A stretch of 24,000 nt of DNA from an uncultured Cardiobacterium sp. (GCA_963553325.1 CAUVOF010000007.1:19401-43400); one strand, 5' to 3'; positions 1 through 8,259 are shown, numbered from the stretch's first letter. Numbers and translations: made by a program. The notes: generated by a model from the sequence alone, not told the origin.

Positions 1-18
1 CCGGGCATGAATGCCCGG
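1..18 (-). terminator. Possible terminator stem 3' of the AAA+ gene. It is a perfect 8-bp inverted repeat, ccgggcat-ga-atgcccgg, cut by the window edge.
   Basis: Inverted repeat read directly at 1-8 and 11-18, about 10 nt downstream (minus sense) of the stop codon at 29-31. Any U-tract would lie outside the window. Confidence 0.3.
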
Positions 19-28
19 CCTCGGATAG

Positions 29-2290
29 TTAATCAAAATCCGCCAGTTCCAACTGCAGGCCGTCGATGTCGCCTGCATCGAGGTGGCGGACGATGGCGGC
101 CTGTTCGGCGCGATCGACCCAGTTGCGCAGGTCGCGGCCGCTTTGACCATCGCTGCGTGCGGCAAGCCCAGCGCAGCCCGTATCCAAATCGAAGGCGACG
201 GGTTTGTTGGCGAGCAGGACGCGCAGGATGGCAGCGCGTGCCGCTTCGTCCGGCAGACCGATTTCGATGCGGCGGTTGAAGCGGGAAAGGACGGCGTTAT
301 CCATGTCTTCCGGGCGGTTGGTCGCTGCCAGCACGAAGACGTCGCCGCTGTGGCTTTTGATGCCGTCCAGCTCTTGCAGCAGTTGGCCGATGATTTCTTT
401 GTTGAAGGTGTCGTCCGCGCCGCCGCGTGCCGGGGCGATGATGTCCATTTCGTCGATAAAGAGGATGCACGGTGACTGGCTGCGCGCCCGCGCAAACAAT
501 TCTTTCACCAATTGCCCGCTTTGTCCGATGTAGCCCGCTTTTAGGTCGGCGGTAGCGGCGCCGATGAATGACAGACCGCTTTCGTTTGCCATGGTGCGCG
601 CGATTTGTGTTTTGCCGGTGCCAGGCGGGCCATAGAGAAGGATACCGCGCGGGATACTGATGCCTTTGGCACGCAGCGCATCGGCATTGGCAAATACCGC
701 ACAGGCGGAATGCAGCATTTTTTTGTTGGCTTCATTCAGAATCAATTTGTCCCAGGTGGCGTCTTTATCGACGGCGCTATTGCTGCCGGTGCGTTTATCA
801 CGGGTGGCGCTCGCGAGGGTATCTTCGTTAATGTCGCCACCATTGCGCATCATTTGCCGCGCAAGGTTGGCAATTTCCCGTCCAGAGAATCCTTGCAAAT
901 AGTCGCTGGCATTTTCTGGCAATTCGCCCTGCCATTCGAGGGTGGCGAGTTCGGCGGCAAAGATTGCTTGGCGCATTTCTGCATCGGGCAGCGGAATTTC
1001 TATTTGTTCGGCAAAACGTGAGAGAACGGCTTCGTCCATAATGTCGCGGCGGTTGGTCGCACCCATGACCAATACGGTTTTTTGTTTGTTAAAGCCATCC
1101 CATTCAGCGATAAAAGCCTGCACGATGTCATCGGTAAAGCTATCGCTGCCGGTGCTGCCGCGTTTGATAAATATGCTTTCGCATTCGTCAATAAAAAGGA
1201 TGCAGCGTTTATATCCTTTGGCTTTTTCCCATACTTCTTTGACTTTCTGCCCGCTTTCACCAATGTAACGCCCTTTCAGGTCGTGCAGGTTTACCGCAAT
1301 AAAGCCGCAATCCAGGGTATCGGCGAGGGTGCGGGCGATGAGTGATTTGCCCGTCCCCGGTGCGCCGTAGAGAAGGATGCCTTGTGCGGCGCTGTTTTCA
1401 CCGGCGGCAAAGGCATCGCCCAGTTGGCGGATATTTTGTTTGAGGTTTTCCGGCAGATAGACGCCCGCCCAGCGTGCGACAATTTCTGCTTCTTTGGCTT
1501 CTCGCTCAGCTTGCAGCTTGGCAGCAAGCGCTTGTTGTGCGGCGCTGTTTGCCGTGGCTTGTGGCAATTCGCGGTGGATGTTGAAGGCGTCTTCGGTGCG
1601 CCGCCGTTCTTCATAGGTGTCTTTTTCCCGCCAGTATTCACGCCACAAATCTATTTTTTCGACAAATTGCAGGGCAAGCGCTTTTATTTGCGGATTTGCC
1701 GGGGCAGCTTCGCCTTTATATACAAATTTTGCGCCATTCCAGAAAATTAGCGGCATTTGTCCTTGTTTGCGCATGGGGATATAGCATAAGATTTCCCCTA
1801 TCCTTTTATTATTGCTGCCATCTTTTTGATTGATACCAATCATAATATCGCCGTATTGAACGCCTTCAACATTAGCACTGTTATACGAATTAAAAAAGAG
1901 TTCTCCATTCTTAAAACGACTATACGAACTAACCATAAAAAGCGCAAAGCGCTCATCATTACTTTTCCCTTCAACAAGTGCAAATTCAAGAAAATGGTTT
2001 TCGAGAAATTTATCCCGCTTTGCCATTTCACTAACGAATTTGAATATTGCATAGATTATCGCAATGACGCCAAGAAGAAAAAATTGGGTAACGATAGAGA
2101 GAAAGATAGCGAGAAAAATGAAGGTAATCCAAAAGGCGGTTTTGACGGGCGGCACTTCGATGCCCAATTTTTTTAGGGTATCGGCATTTAGGTATTGATT
2201 GCCGAGTGCGTCGTTAGCGGTCTTGGAAAATTGGTTCAATGCTTGCCGCATTTGTTCGATGCGGTATTTCTGGTTTTGTAAGTCGCTCAT
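29..2290 (-). CDS. Membrane-anchored tandem AAA+ ATPase (classic AAA, SpoVK/Vps4/spastin-like, two ATPase domains)
   Basis: 753-aa ORF with ATG at 2288-2290 and AGGAG (complement of 2296-2300) 5 nt upstream. Two Walker A motifs (GAPGTGKS, GPPGTGKT) and two Walker B motifs (ILFIDECE, ILFIDEMD). Two pore-loop-like motifs (GRYIGESGQ, AGYIGQSGQ). Two SRH-like segments (GATNRRDIMDEAVLSRF, AATNRPEDMDNAVLSRF). N-terminal hydrophobic stretch AFWITFIFLAIFLSIVTQFFLLGVIAIIYAIF. Confidence 0.88.
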   Translation of the reverse strand: MSDLQNQKYRIEQMRQALNQFSKTANDALGNQYLNADTLKKLGIEVPPVKTAFWITFIFLAIFLSIVTQFFLLGVIAIIYAIFKFVSEMAKRDKFLENHFLEFALVEGKSNDERFALFMVSSYSRFKNGELFFNSYNSANVEGVQYGDIMIGINQKDGSNNKRIGEILCYIPMRKQGQMPLIFWNGAKFVYKGEAAPANPQIKALALQFVEKIDLWREYWREKDTYEERRRTEDAFNIHRELPQATANSAAQQALAAKLQAEREAKEAEIVARWAGVYLPENLKQNIRQLGDAFAAGENSAAQGILLYGAPGTGKSLIARTLADTLDCGFIAVNLHDLKGRYIGESGQKVKEVWEKAKGYKRCILFIDECESIFIKRGSTGSDSFTDDIVQAFIAEWDGFNKQKTVLVMGATNRRDIMDEAVLSRFAEQIEIPLPDAEMRQAIFAAELATLEWQGELPENASDYLQGFSGREIANLARQMMRNGGDINEDTLASATRDKRTGSNSAVDKDATWDKLILNEANKKMLHSACAVFANADALRAKGISIPRGILLYGPPGTGKTQIARTMANESGLSFIGAATADLKAGYIGQSGQLVKELFARARSQSPCILFIDEMDIIAPARGGADDTFNKEIIGQLLQELDGIKSHSGDVFVLAATNRPEDMDNAVLSRFNRRIEIGLPDEAARAAILRVLLANKPVAFDLDTGCAGLAARSDGQSGRDLRNWVDRAEQAAIVRHLDAGDIDGLQLELADFD

Positions 2291-2308
2291 ACTTGCTCCT
2301 GTTAGTTT

Positions 2309-2959
2309 TTATTCCTGAATTTTGCCATGTTGTAGGCGGATGATGCGGTCGGTTTTGGCGCCGAGGTCGGGGTTGTGCGTCACCATGACGATGGTGCGGT
2401 TCTGCGCGTGCAGTTCGGCGAAGATGCGCAGCACGGTTTGTTCGTTTTCGGCGTCGAGGTTGCCGGTGGGCTCGTCGGCAAAGAGGATTTCCGGTTCGTT
2501 GATGAGCGCGCGGGCGATGCAGACGCGCTGTTGCTCGCCGCCGGATAGTTGCTTCGGCAGGTGGTCGCTGCGGTGTGCGAGGCCAACGCGATCCAGCGCG
2601 GCAAGCGCTGCCGTTTTGTCGGTAACGCTGTGGTAGTACTGCGCCAGCATGACGTTTTCGCAGGCGGTGAGGTAGGGCAAGAGGTGGAATTGTTGGAAGA
2701 CGAGTCCGATGGTGCGCGCGCGGAAGCTGCGGCGCGCTTCTTCGTCGAGCGCAGCGGCGTCGGTGCCGTTTAGCAGTACTTTGCCTTCTGTGGGGGTGTC
2801 GAGGCAGGAAAGGATGTTCATCAGCGTGGTTTTGCCGGAGCCGCTCGAGCCCATGATGGCGACGAATTCGCCGCGCGCGACGGCGATATTGACGTCGTCC
2901 AGCGCGGTAACGGTGCCGAAGCGTTTGTAGAGGTGGACGGTTTCGATGACGGGTTGCAT
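2309..2959 (-). CDS. ABC transporter ATP-binding protein, MacB/LolD/FtsE-like (type VII ABC partner of FtsX permeases)
   Basis: The true start is the internal ATG at 2957-2959 (MQPVIETVHLYKRFG...), preceded by GGAG. The 69-aa upstream extension in the ORF track is a Ser/Pro-rich artefact overlapping the previous gene. Walker A GSSGSGKT, Q-loop FQQF, signature LSGGEQQR, Walker B ILFADEPT, H-loop VTHN. Confidence 0.92.
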   Translation of the reverse strand: MQPVIETVHLYKRFGTVTALDDVNIAVARGEFVAIMGSSGSGKTTLMNILSCLDTPTEGKVLLNGTDAAALDEEARRSFRARTIGLVFQQFHLLPYLTACENVMLAQYYHSVTDKTAALAALDRVGLAHRSDHLPKQLSGGEQQRVCIARALINEPEILFADEPTGNLDAENEQTVLRIFAELHAQNRTIVMVTHNPDLGAKTDRIIRLQHGKIQE

Positions 2960-2963
2960 GGGT

Positions 2964-4079
2964 TCAGGCTCCTTTGAGGATGTCGGCGGCTTGCAGGGCA
3001 AGGACGCGCTTGAGCGGCAGGGCGACGGCGGCGGCAGCGACGGCGGTGGAGAGGATGATGGCGAGCGGGAAGACCGGCAGGCGCGGCGCGATGCTGGCGT
3101 GGAAGACGACGGCGCCGAGGATTTGCGCGAGGATGAGCCCCAGCGCGATGCCGATGGCGACGGCAACGGCAGCCATTAGCGCGGTTTCGCGAATCATCTG
3201 CGCGGTGATGGCTTTGCGGCTGGCGCCGAGTGCGCTTTGCAGGGCGAATTCGCGGCGGCGTTCGTGGGTCATCGCAGTGAGCGAGGTATTGACGCAGAGG
3301 CTAGAGAGCAGCAGGATGACGATGCAAACGACGCCCATCAGCCCTTTGATTTTGTGCAGGATTTGTCCTTCGGCGGCGCTGACTTTGCGGATGGGGTGGA
3401 TGTCGAGCTGCGGGTACTCGCGCGAGAGGGTGTCGGCGTAGGCGGTGACGGCGTCGTTGTCGTTGGCAAGGCTTGCCAGCGCGTAGCTGATGCCGCCAGC
3501 GCTGCCGAGCCAGTCTTGCGCGACGCGGATGTTGAGCAGCATGACGTTGTCCATCGCGTCGCCGCTTTCGACGATTCCTTTGATGCGGAAGGTTTTTTTC
3601 TGGCCGTTATCTTTGACGAGGGTGATGTTGTCGCCGACGTTCAGCTCAAGCTGCGCGGCGAGTGCCTTGCCGAGCATGGTGTTGCGGTCGTCAAAGGCGA
3701 CGCTGACCCAGCCGCCCTGCACCTGCCAGTAAGGCACGAGCGCCGGCAGCGCCGGGAAATCAACGCCGACCAGCGCGACGGGCTCGCGTTCGCTGCGCGC
3801 CACCGCGTAGAGATAGGGGCTGGATGCGTGGTACAAATCCTTCGGCATGGCGGCGATGATGGCTTCGTATTGTTCGAGGGTAAAGGGCGTTTCGTTTTTC
3901 GCGCCGAGGTAGAAGTTGGCACCGAAGGAACGCAGCTCGCGGCTCATTTTTTCGTTGATGTCGAAATAGACCGACGCCATCGCCGTTACCATCGCCGCGC
4001 CGATGGAAAGGGCGGCGACGATGACCAGCGTGCGCCGCCATTTGAGGCGCAGCGCTTTGAAAAGCAGTAACCATTTCAT
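2964..4079 (-). CDS. ABC transporter permease, FtsX/MacB family
   Basis: MKWLLLFKALRLKWRRTLVIVAALSIGAAMV... shows one N-terminal TM helix, a roughly 200-aa extracytoplasmic domain and a C-terminal three-TM FtsX-type bundle. The ATG at 4077-4079 lies 4 nt after the upstream stop. An alternative ATG at 4094 would overlap the upstream gene by 11 nt. Confidence 0.85.
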   Translation of the reverse strand: MKWLLLFKALRLKWRRTLVIVAALSIGAAMVTAMASVYFDINEKMSRELRSFGANFYLGAKNETPFTLEQYEAIIAAMPKDLYHASSPYLYAVARSEREPVALVGVDFPALPALVPYWQVQGGWVSVAFDDRNTMLGKALAAQLELNVGDNITLVKDNGQKKTFRIKGIVESGDAMDNVMLLNIRVAQDWLGSAGGISYALASLANDNDAVTAYADTLSREYPQLDIHPIRKVSAAEGQILHKIKGLMGVVCIVILLLSSLCVNTSLTAMTHERRREFALQSALGASRKAITAQMIRETALMAAVAVAIGIALGLILAQILGAVVFHASIAPRLPVFPLAIILSTAVAAAAVALPLKRVLALQAADILKGA

Positions 4080-4083
4080 ACTG

Positions 4084-5364
4084 TTAGCGTTCATAAAGCA
4101 CCTCAATCGGGATTTGGCGGGCGATGCTGCGCACCGGGAACCAGGTGCCAATCAGCGCAATGAGAACTGCGGCGAAGACCACCACCGGCACCACTATCCA
4201 GGTAAAGCCGAGCGCCGCGCCAAAAAGCGCTTCGCCAATCGCCCAGCCGAGCAGCGCGCCACCGGCGCAGCCGAGCAAGCCGCCGAGCGCGCCAACCAGC
4301 ACCGATTCGGCGTAAAAGAGCAGCGCGATTTGCCACGGTTTGGCGCCCAGCGCACGCATCAGCCCGATTTCCTTGGCGCGCGCCATGATGCCGCTGCCAG
4401 TGAGCGAGGCGATGCCCATGCCGGCGGAAATCAGCGCGGCGACGCTGCACACTATCAACAGCAACTGGATTTTTTCGATGACGACGCCTTCGGAAGCGGC
4501 GACCTGCCACACCGGACGCACCACCGAGCCGGAAACGGTTTCCTCCAACTGGTGCGCGATGGTGGAAACGTAGGCGGTGCAATACCACTGGTCGTACTGC
4601 TTGGCGTCCAGCGCCGACGGGTTCTCGTGTGCCTTGCGCGACAAGTCATTTTCCGGCACGGTCATCGCCGCGACTTGTATCGCGCTGATTTTGCCTGAAA
4701 GCCCCAGCAGTTGTTGCAACGCGGCAAGCGGCAAGACGAGCTGGTTATCCTGCGCTGCGCCGCTGGTGAGAATGCCGACGATGCGCGCGCGCCGCACGGG
4801 GCTGCCCGGCGCGGTGGACGAGAGCGACAACACGTCGCCCGCCTGCCAGCCGTGTTCCGTTGCCAGCTTAATGCCCGCGAGCAGCGGCAACTCCTGCGGC
4901 AACGCGCCGCTGTCGTCCGGCCAGTCGCCTGCGACCTGCCAAAACGGACTGACCGCCTTCTGTCCGGTGTGGAAATTCGATTCATCGGCAACATCCAGCG
5001 GGTGATCGAAAAACGTGCCGAGCGCGGCGACTTCCACCCCATCGGCGCGCAGCCGCCCGGAAAGCAGCGGCGCGAAGCCGTAGATGTTGTTGCGCCAAAA
5101 AATATCCATCACCGACGGCAGCACCTTCTCGTCCAAAAAATACTGCTGCCCAGCGACATCGTCCGGCAAAAGCGCGCCGCCTGCCGGCTCAATCAAAATA
5201 TTGGCGCCATAAGACTTCAACTCGCGCGACATCTTGTCGCCAATATCGACCGAAACCGCGAGCAAGCCCGCAATCAGAGCGGACGCCAAAAAAATCGTCA
5301 AAAACGCCAGCGCCTTGCGCGGCAAATCATGATGCCAAAGCTGAAAAATCATCCGCCAAAACAT
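4084..5364 (-). CDS. ABC transporter permease, FtsX/MacB family (second paralogous subunit)
   Basis: 426-aa ORF with the same topology (MFWRMIFQLWHHDLPRKALAFLTIFLASALIAG..., large loop, C-terminal TM bundle). ATG at 5362-5364 is preceded by AAGGAG and lies 4 nt from the upstream stop at 5369-5371. Confidence 0.87.
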   Translation of the reverse strand: MFWRMIFQLWHHDLPRKALAFLTIFLASALIAGLLAVSVDIGDKMSRELKSYGANILIEPAGGALLPDDVAGQQYFLDEKVLPSVMDIFWRNNIYGFAPLLSGRLRADGVEVAALGTFFDHPLDVADESNFHTGQKAVSPFWQVAGDWPDDSGALPQELPLLAGIKLATEHGWQAGDVLSLSSTAPGSPVRRARIVGILTSGAAQDNQLVLPLAALQQLLGLSGKISAIQVAAMTVPENDLSRKAHENPSALDAKQYDQWYCTAYVSTIAHQLEETVSGSVVRPVWQVAASEGVVIEKIQLLLIVCSVAALISAGMGIASLTGSGIMARAKEIGLMRALGAKPWQIALLFYAESVLVGALGGLLGCAGGALLGWAIGEALFGAALGFTWIVVPVVVFAAVLIALIGTWFPVRSIARQIPIEVLYER

Positions 5365-5368
5365 CGCC

Positions 5369-6760
5369 TTACTCCTTCACAAAATCTTCGGGTTTATCGA
5401 CAAAGCGCTGATAATTTTCCTCGGTGCGGAAAAAGTACGTCTTCGTGCCGTAGCTGTAGCGGTGCGGCGCGGTGGTGTTTTTCACCTTGCTGCCATCGAC
5501 CGGGTCAATCACCTCCAGCTCAACCACTGCCTTGAAGAAATTCAGCCCCGCTTCCAGCGCCTTGCGCGGCACGAGAATCTCGCCGCCCGCCTGCGACCAG
5601 CCCTCAATCGGCACCGGATTACAGCCGCCACTCTTGCCGACATTGGGGCGGAACAAACGCACGCCGCAGGCAACGCAGACCACCTGGTCGCCCTGCATCG
5701 CGTACCCCGTATCGCCGCAGAGCAGGCAGGCATCGAACACCACCGCCGGCGACCACTCGCCGGGGAAGCGGTCAATCACGAAAAAGCGCACCACCTTGCC
5801 CTCGGCAGAAACCCAGGCGAAGCGGTGCAAATCGCCGTCCTTGAGCTTCAAATCCGCAATCGGCAAATGCACCACATCATCCGCGGCGAGCATAACCGGC
5901 GTCGCCGCCGACAAGGCGGGCGGTTGCGAGGCGACCAAGTCCCAAAAGAGCGCCGTTGCCAAAGCAAAACAGACCGCAAACGCGCCCTGCCACACCGCGC
6001 GCCGACCGCGTCGCGCCTCAGCAATGAGCAAACGGCGTTCCACCGCGGTCGCTTTCGTAGTGGCGAGCCGCTTGCGCCGTGGCAACCAGCCAGAACAAAG
6101 CGCTGCCAACGTCGCCAGCGCCAACAGCACAATCGCCACATAACCAAACCAGGCGCGGACGAACTCCGCCCGCGCCAACCAACGTAGGCGCGTGCTAGAA
6201 ATCTCCAGCCATTGCAGCTTCACCGCGGCAAGACCAACATCGGCGCCGAGCCACACCGCCCACACCGCGAGCAGCGTCAGCACAAATAGCGCTACCAGCG
6301 ATTGCCACACCCAGCGCGACACGAGCGAACGCAGCACCACCAGCCACAGCACGAGCAGCGCCGACAAGCCAGCGGCCGTCAGCACTGCGGCGAAATGCAA
6401 AATAAAAGAGGTGTTCACCACCGAAGTCGTCGAAAACGCGCTCATCACGGGTGCGGCAAAAAACGGCGCGGCGCCGAGCAGCCCGGCGACAAACCACAGC
6501 ACGTTCAAGGCAAAGGCGCGCCGCGTCAATAAAAGCAACAGCGCCAGCACAAGCAGCGCGCCGCGCGCGACGGCAAACCAAAACAGCGCCACCGACGATT
6601 CCGGCAACGCGGCAACCGCTACCGCACCAGCGAGCAAACCGCCGCTAAACGCGACAAACCAGCGCCCCGGCTTAAGCGGCGCATGCCCGGCAGACAAAAC
6701 CGCTGCCGCAAACAGCGGCAGCCAAAAACAACGCACGAAAAGAGAAAAAAACAGACTCAT
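5369..6760 (-). CDS. Polytopic membrane protein with a C-terminal FtrD-like/DUF2318 Cys-cluster domain and a Cys-less YHS-like tail
   Basis: The N-terminal roughly 270 aa are multiple hydrophobic helices. The soluble domain carries CLLCGDTGY...VVCVACGVRL...GGCNPVP. Start is taken at the ATG at 6758-6760 (MSLFFSLFVRCFWLPLF...). The ORF-track start at 6841 is a TTG adding 27 non-membrane residues and is less likely. Confidence 0.8.
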   Translation of the reverse strand: MSLFFSLFVRCFWLPLFAAAVLSAGHAPLKPGRWFVAFSGGLLAGAVAVAALPESSVALFWFAVARGALLVLALLLLLTRRAFALNVLWFVAGLLGAAPFFAAPVMSAFSTTSVVNTSFILHFAAVLTAAGLSALLVLWLVVLRSLVSRWVWQSLVALFVLTLLAVWAVWLGADVGLAAVKLQWLEISSTRLRWLARAEFVRAWFGYVAIVLLALATLAALCSGWLPRRKRLATTKATAVERRLLIAEARRGRRAVWQGAFAVCFALATALFWDLVASQPPALSAATPVMLAADDVVHLPIADLKLKDGDLHRFAWVSAEGKVVRFFVIDRFPGEWSPAVVFDACLLCGDTGYAMQGDQVVCVACGVRLFRPNVGKSGGCNPVPIEGWSQAGGEILVPRKALEAGLNFFKAVVELEVIDPVDGSKVKNTTAPHRYSYGTKTYFFRTEENYQRFVDKPEDFVKE

Positions 6761-6870
6761 AACGCCATCCGTATCAAGAAACGATCGCAATTCTACCGCG
6801 CGGCGCGGGGCAAGGCGAGGCGACGCGGCGCTATAATCCAATCTGAAATCCCTACCTCACCCAACCCCCC

Positions 6871-8259
6871 ATGATTCACCTCATCCTCGTCTCACATCAC
6901 CCCGACATCGCGCGCGGCATCGCCGCCCTTGCCGCACAAATGAGCGCCGCGCCCGATACCATCCACACCGCCGCCGGCATTGACGACGCGGACAACCCCG
7001 TCGGCACCGACGCCGTGCGCATCATGCAAGCCATTCTCGAAGCCGATAACCCAGACGGCATCCTCATCCTGGTTGATCTTGGCAGCGCCATCTTAAGCGC
7101 ACAAACCGCGCTCGATTTGCTCGACGACCCGGCGCTTGCCGCGCGTTGCCACATCAGCCCGGCGCCGCTGGTGGAAGGGGCAATCAGCGCCGCCGTTGCC
7201 GCCAGCAGCGGTGCCGACCTCGCCAGCGTCGCGCGCGAAGCGGAACAAGCGCTTGCCGCCAAGCAGGCGGCGTTGGGCGGTGATGCGCCCTGCCCTGCCC
7301 TAGCCGCCGCCGCGCCGCAAGGCGACAGCGCCAGCATCACCCTCGCCAACCGCGATGGTCTGCACGCCCGCCCTGCCGCACGCCTCGCCGCTGCCCTCGC
7401 CTCGTACCGCGCCCGCCTTGTCCTCACTTGCGGCGATAAACAAGCGGACGCCACCAGCCTTAACCAGCTCGCCCTGCTGCAAGCGCGCTGCGGCGACCGC
7501 CTCACCCTGTACGCTGATGGCGACGACGCGGCAAGCGCCCTGCAAGCCTTCCGCGACCTTGCCGCTGCCAATTTCGGCGACCCGGCAGACGAGCGCGACG
7601 GCAAGCGCATCGCCCGCGCCAATCCGGCAACAGCCGCCCGCATCCGTGCCGCCGTTTGGCGTTGCGAGCCGCCGCAACACGATGGCAACGCCCTGCACGC
7701 CGAGCGCGACCGCTTTCGCGCAGCGGTCGCCAGCGTTGCCGCCCGCTTGGCAAGCCTGCAAGCCGCAGTCAGCGCCCGCCTCAGCGCAGAAGCGGGCGAG
7801 ATTTTCGCCGCGCAGCAGTTACTGTTTGCCGAGCTGGTTGAAGCGACCCTCGCCAGCAGCGCGGCAAACCTCGCCCCGGTTTGGCAGGCGGAAACCAGCC
7901 GTGCCGCCGCCGAACTCGCCGCCTTGAGCGACCCCTATCTGCGCGCCCGTGCCGCCGACATCCACGACCTCGCGCAGCAGGTGCTGGCATTGCTTGCCGA
8001 GGCGCCTGAAGCCGTCGCCCCTGCTGACGCGCCTTTTGTCCTCATCGCCCGCGACCTCTACCCGTCGCGCGCCGCTACCCTGCCGGCGAACTGCCTCGCC
8101 GTCGTCCTTGCCGCCGGCGACGCGCGCAGCCACGCCGCCCTGCTCTGCCAAGCGGCGCAACGTCCCTGGTTCGGCGGCGCAGGCGATGCCGTCCTCGCCT
8201 TGCAAGATGGGCAATTCATCGAGATTGAGCGCGACAGCGGCGAGATTTTTCGCGTTTGA
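6871..8259 (+). CDS. dhaM: PTS-dependent dihydroxyacetone kinase phosphotransferase subunit DhaM (EIIA-Man-like + HPr-like + EI N-terminal-like domains)
   Basis: MIHLILVSHHPDIARGIAALAAQM matches the E. coli DhaM N-terminus (MVNLVIVSHS...). The HPr-like block is ITLANRDGLHARPAARLA. The EI-like phospho-His block is GDARSHAALLCQA near the C-terminus. Length is 462 aa, against about 470 aa for E. coli DhaM. Confidence 0.85.
   Translation: MIHLILVSHHPDIARGIAALAAQMSAAPDTIHTAAGIDDADNPVGTDAVRIMQAILEADNPDGILILVDLGSAILSAQTALDLLDDPALAARCHISPAPLVEGAISAAVAASSGADLASVAREAEQALAAKQAALGGDAPCPALAAAAPQGDSASITLANRDGLHARPAARLAAALASYRARLVLTCGDKQADATSLNQLALLQARCGDRLTLYADGDDAASALQAFRDLAAANFGDPADERDGKRIARANPATAARIRAAVWRCEPPQHDGNALHAERDRFRAAVASVAARLASLQAAVSARLSAEAGEIFAAQQLLFAELVEATLASSAANLAPVWQAETSRAAAELAALSDPYLRARAADIHDLAQQVLALLAEAPEAVAPADAPFVLIARDLYPSRAATLPANCLAVVLAAGDARSHAALLCQAAQRPWFGGAGDAVLALQDGQFIEIERDSGEIFRV

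Noticed and set aside
2960-3166. 69-aa Ser/Pro/Arg-rich N-terminal extension of the ABC ATPase ORF. Similar extensions occur at 15053-15235 (citT), 20328-20732 (znuB), 21575-21616 (dksA), 20027-20062 (aldolase) and 6761-6841 (DUF2318 protein).
   Set aside because: The extensions overlap the upstream genes or intergenic DNA and have GC-driven low-complexity composition. They lack SDs. Internal ATGs with SDs or translational coupling give N-termini that match known homologues.
6850-6856. Shared CCCTACC motif 12-14 nt upstream of the SD-less starts of dhaM (6850-6856) and znuB (20714-20720)
   Set aside because: The same heptamer also occurs inside ilvD coding sequence (22176-22182). In C-rich DNA a 7-mer recurrence is not informative, so it is not treated as a signal.
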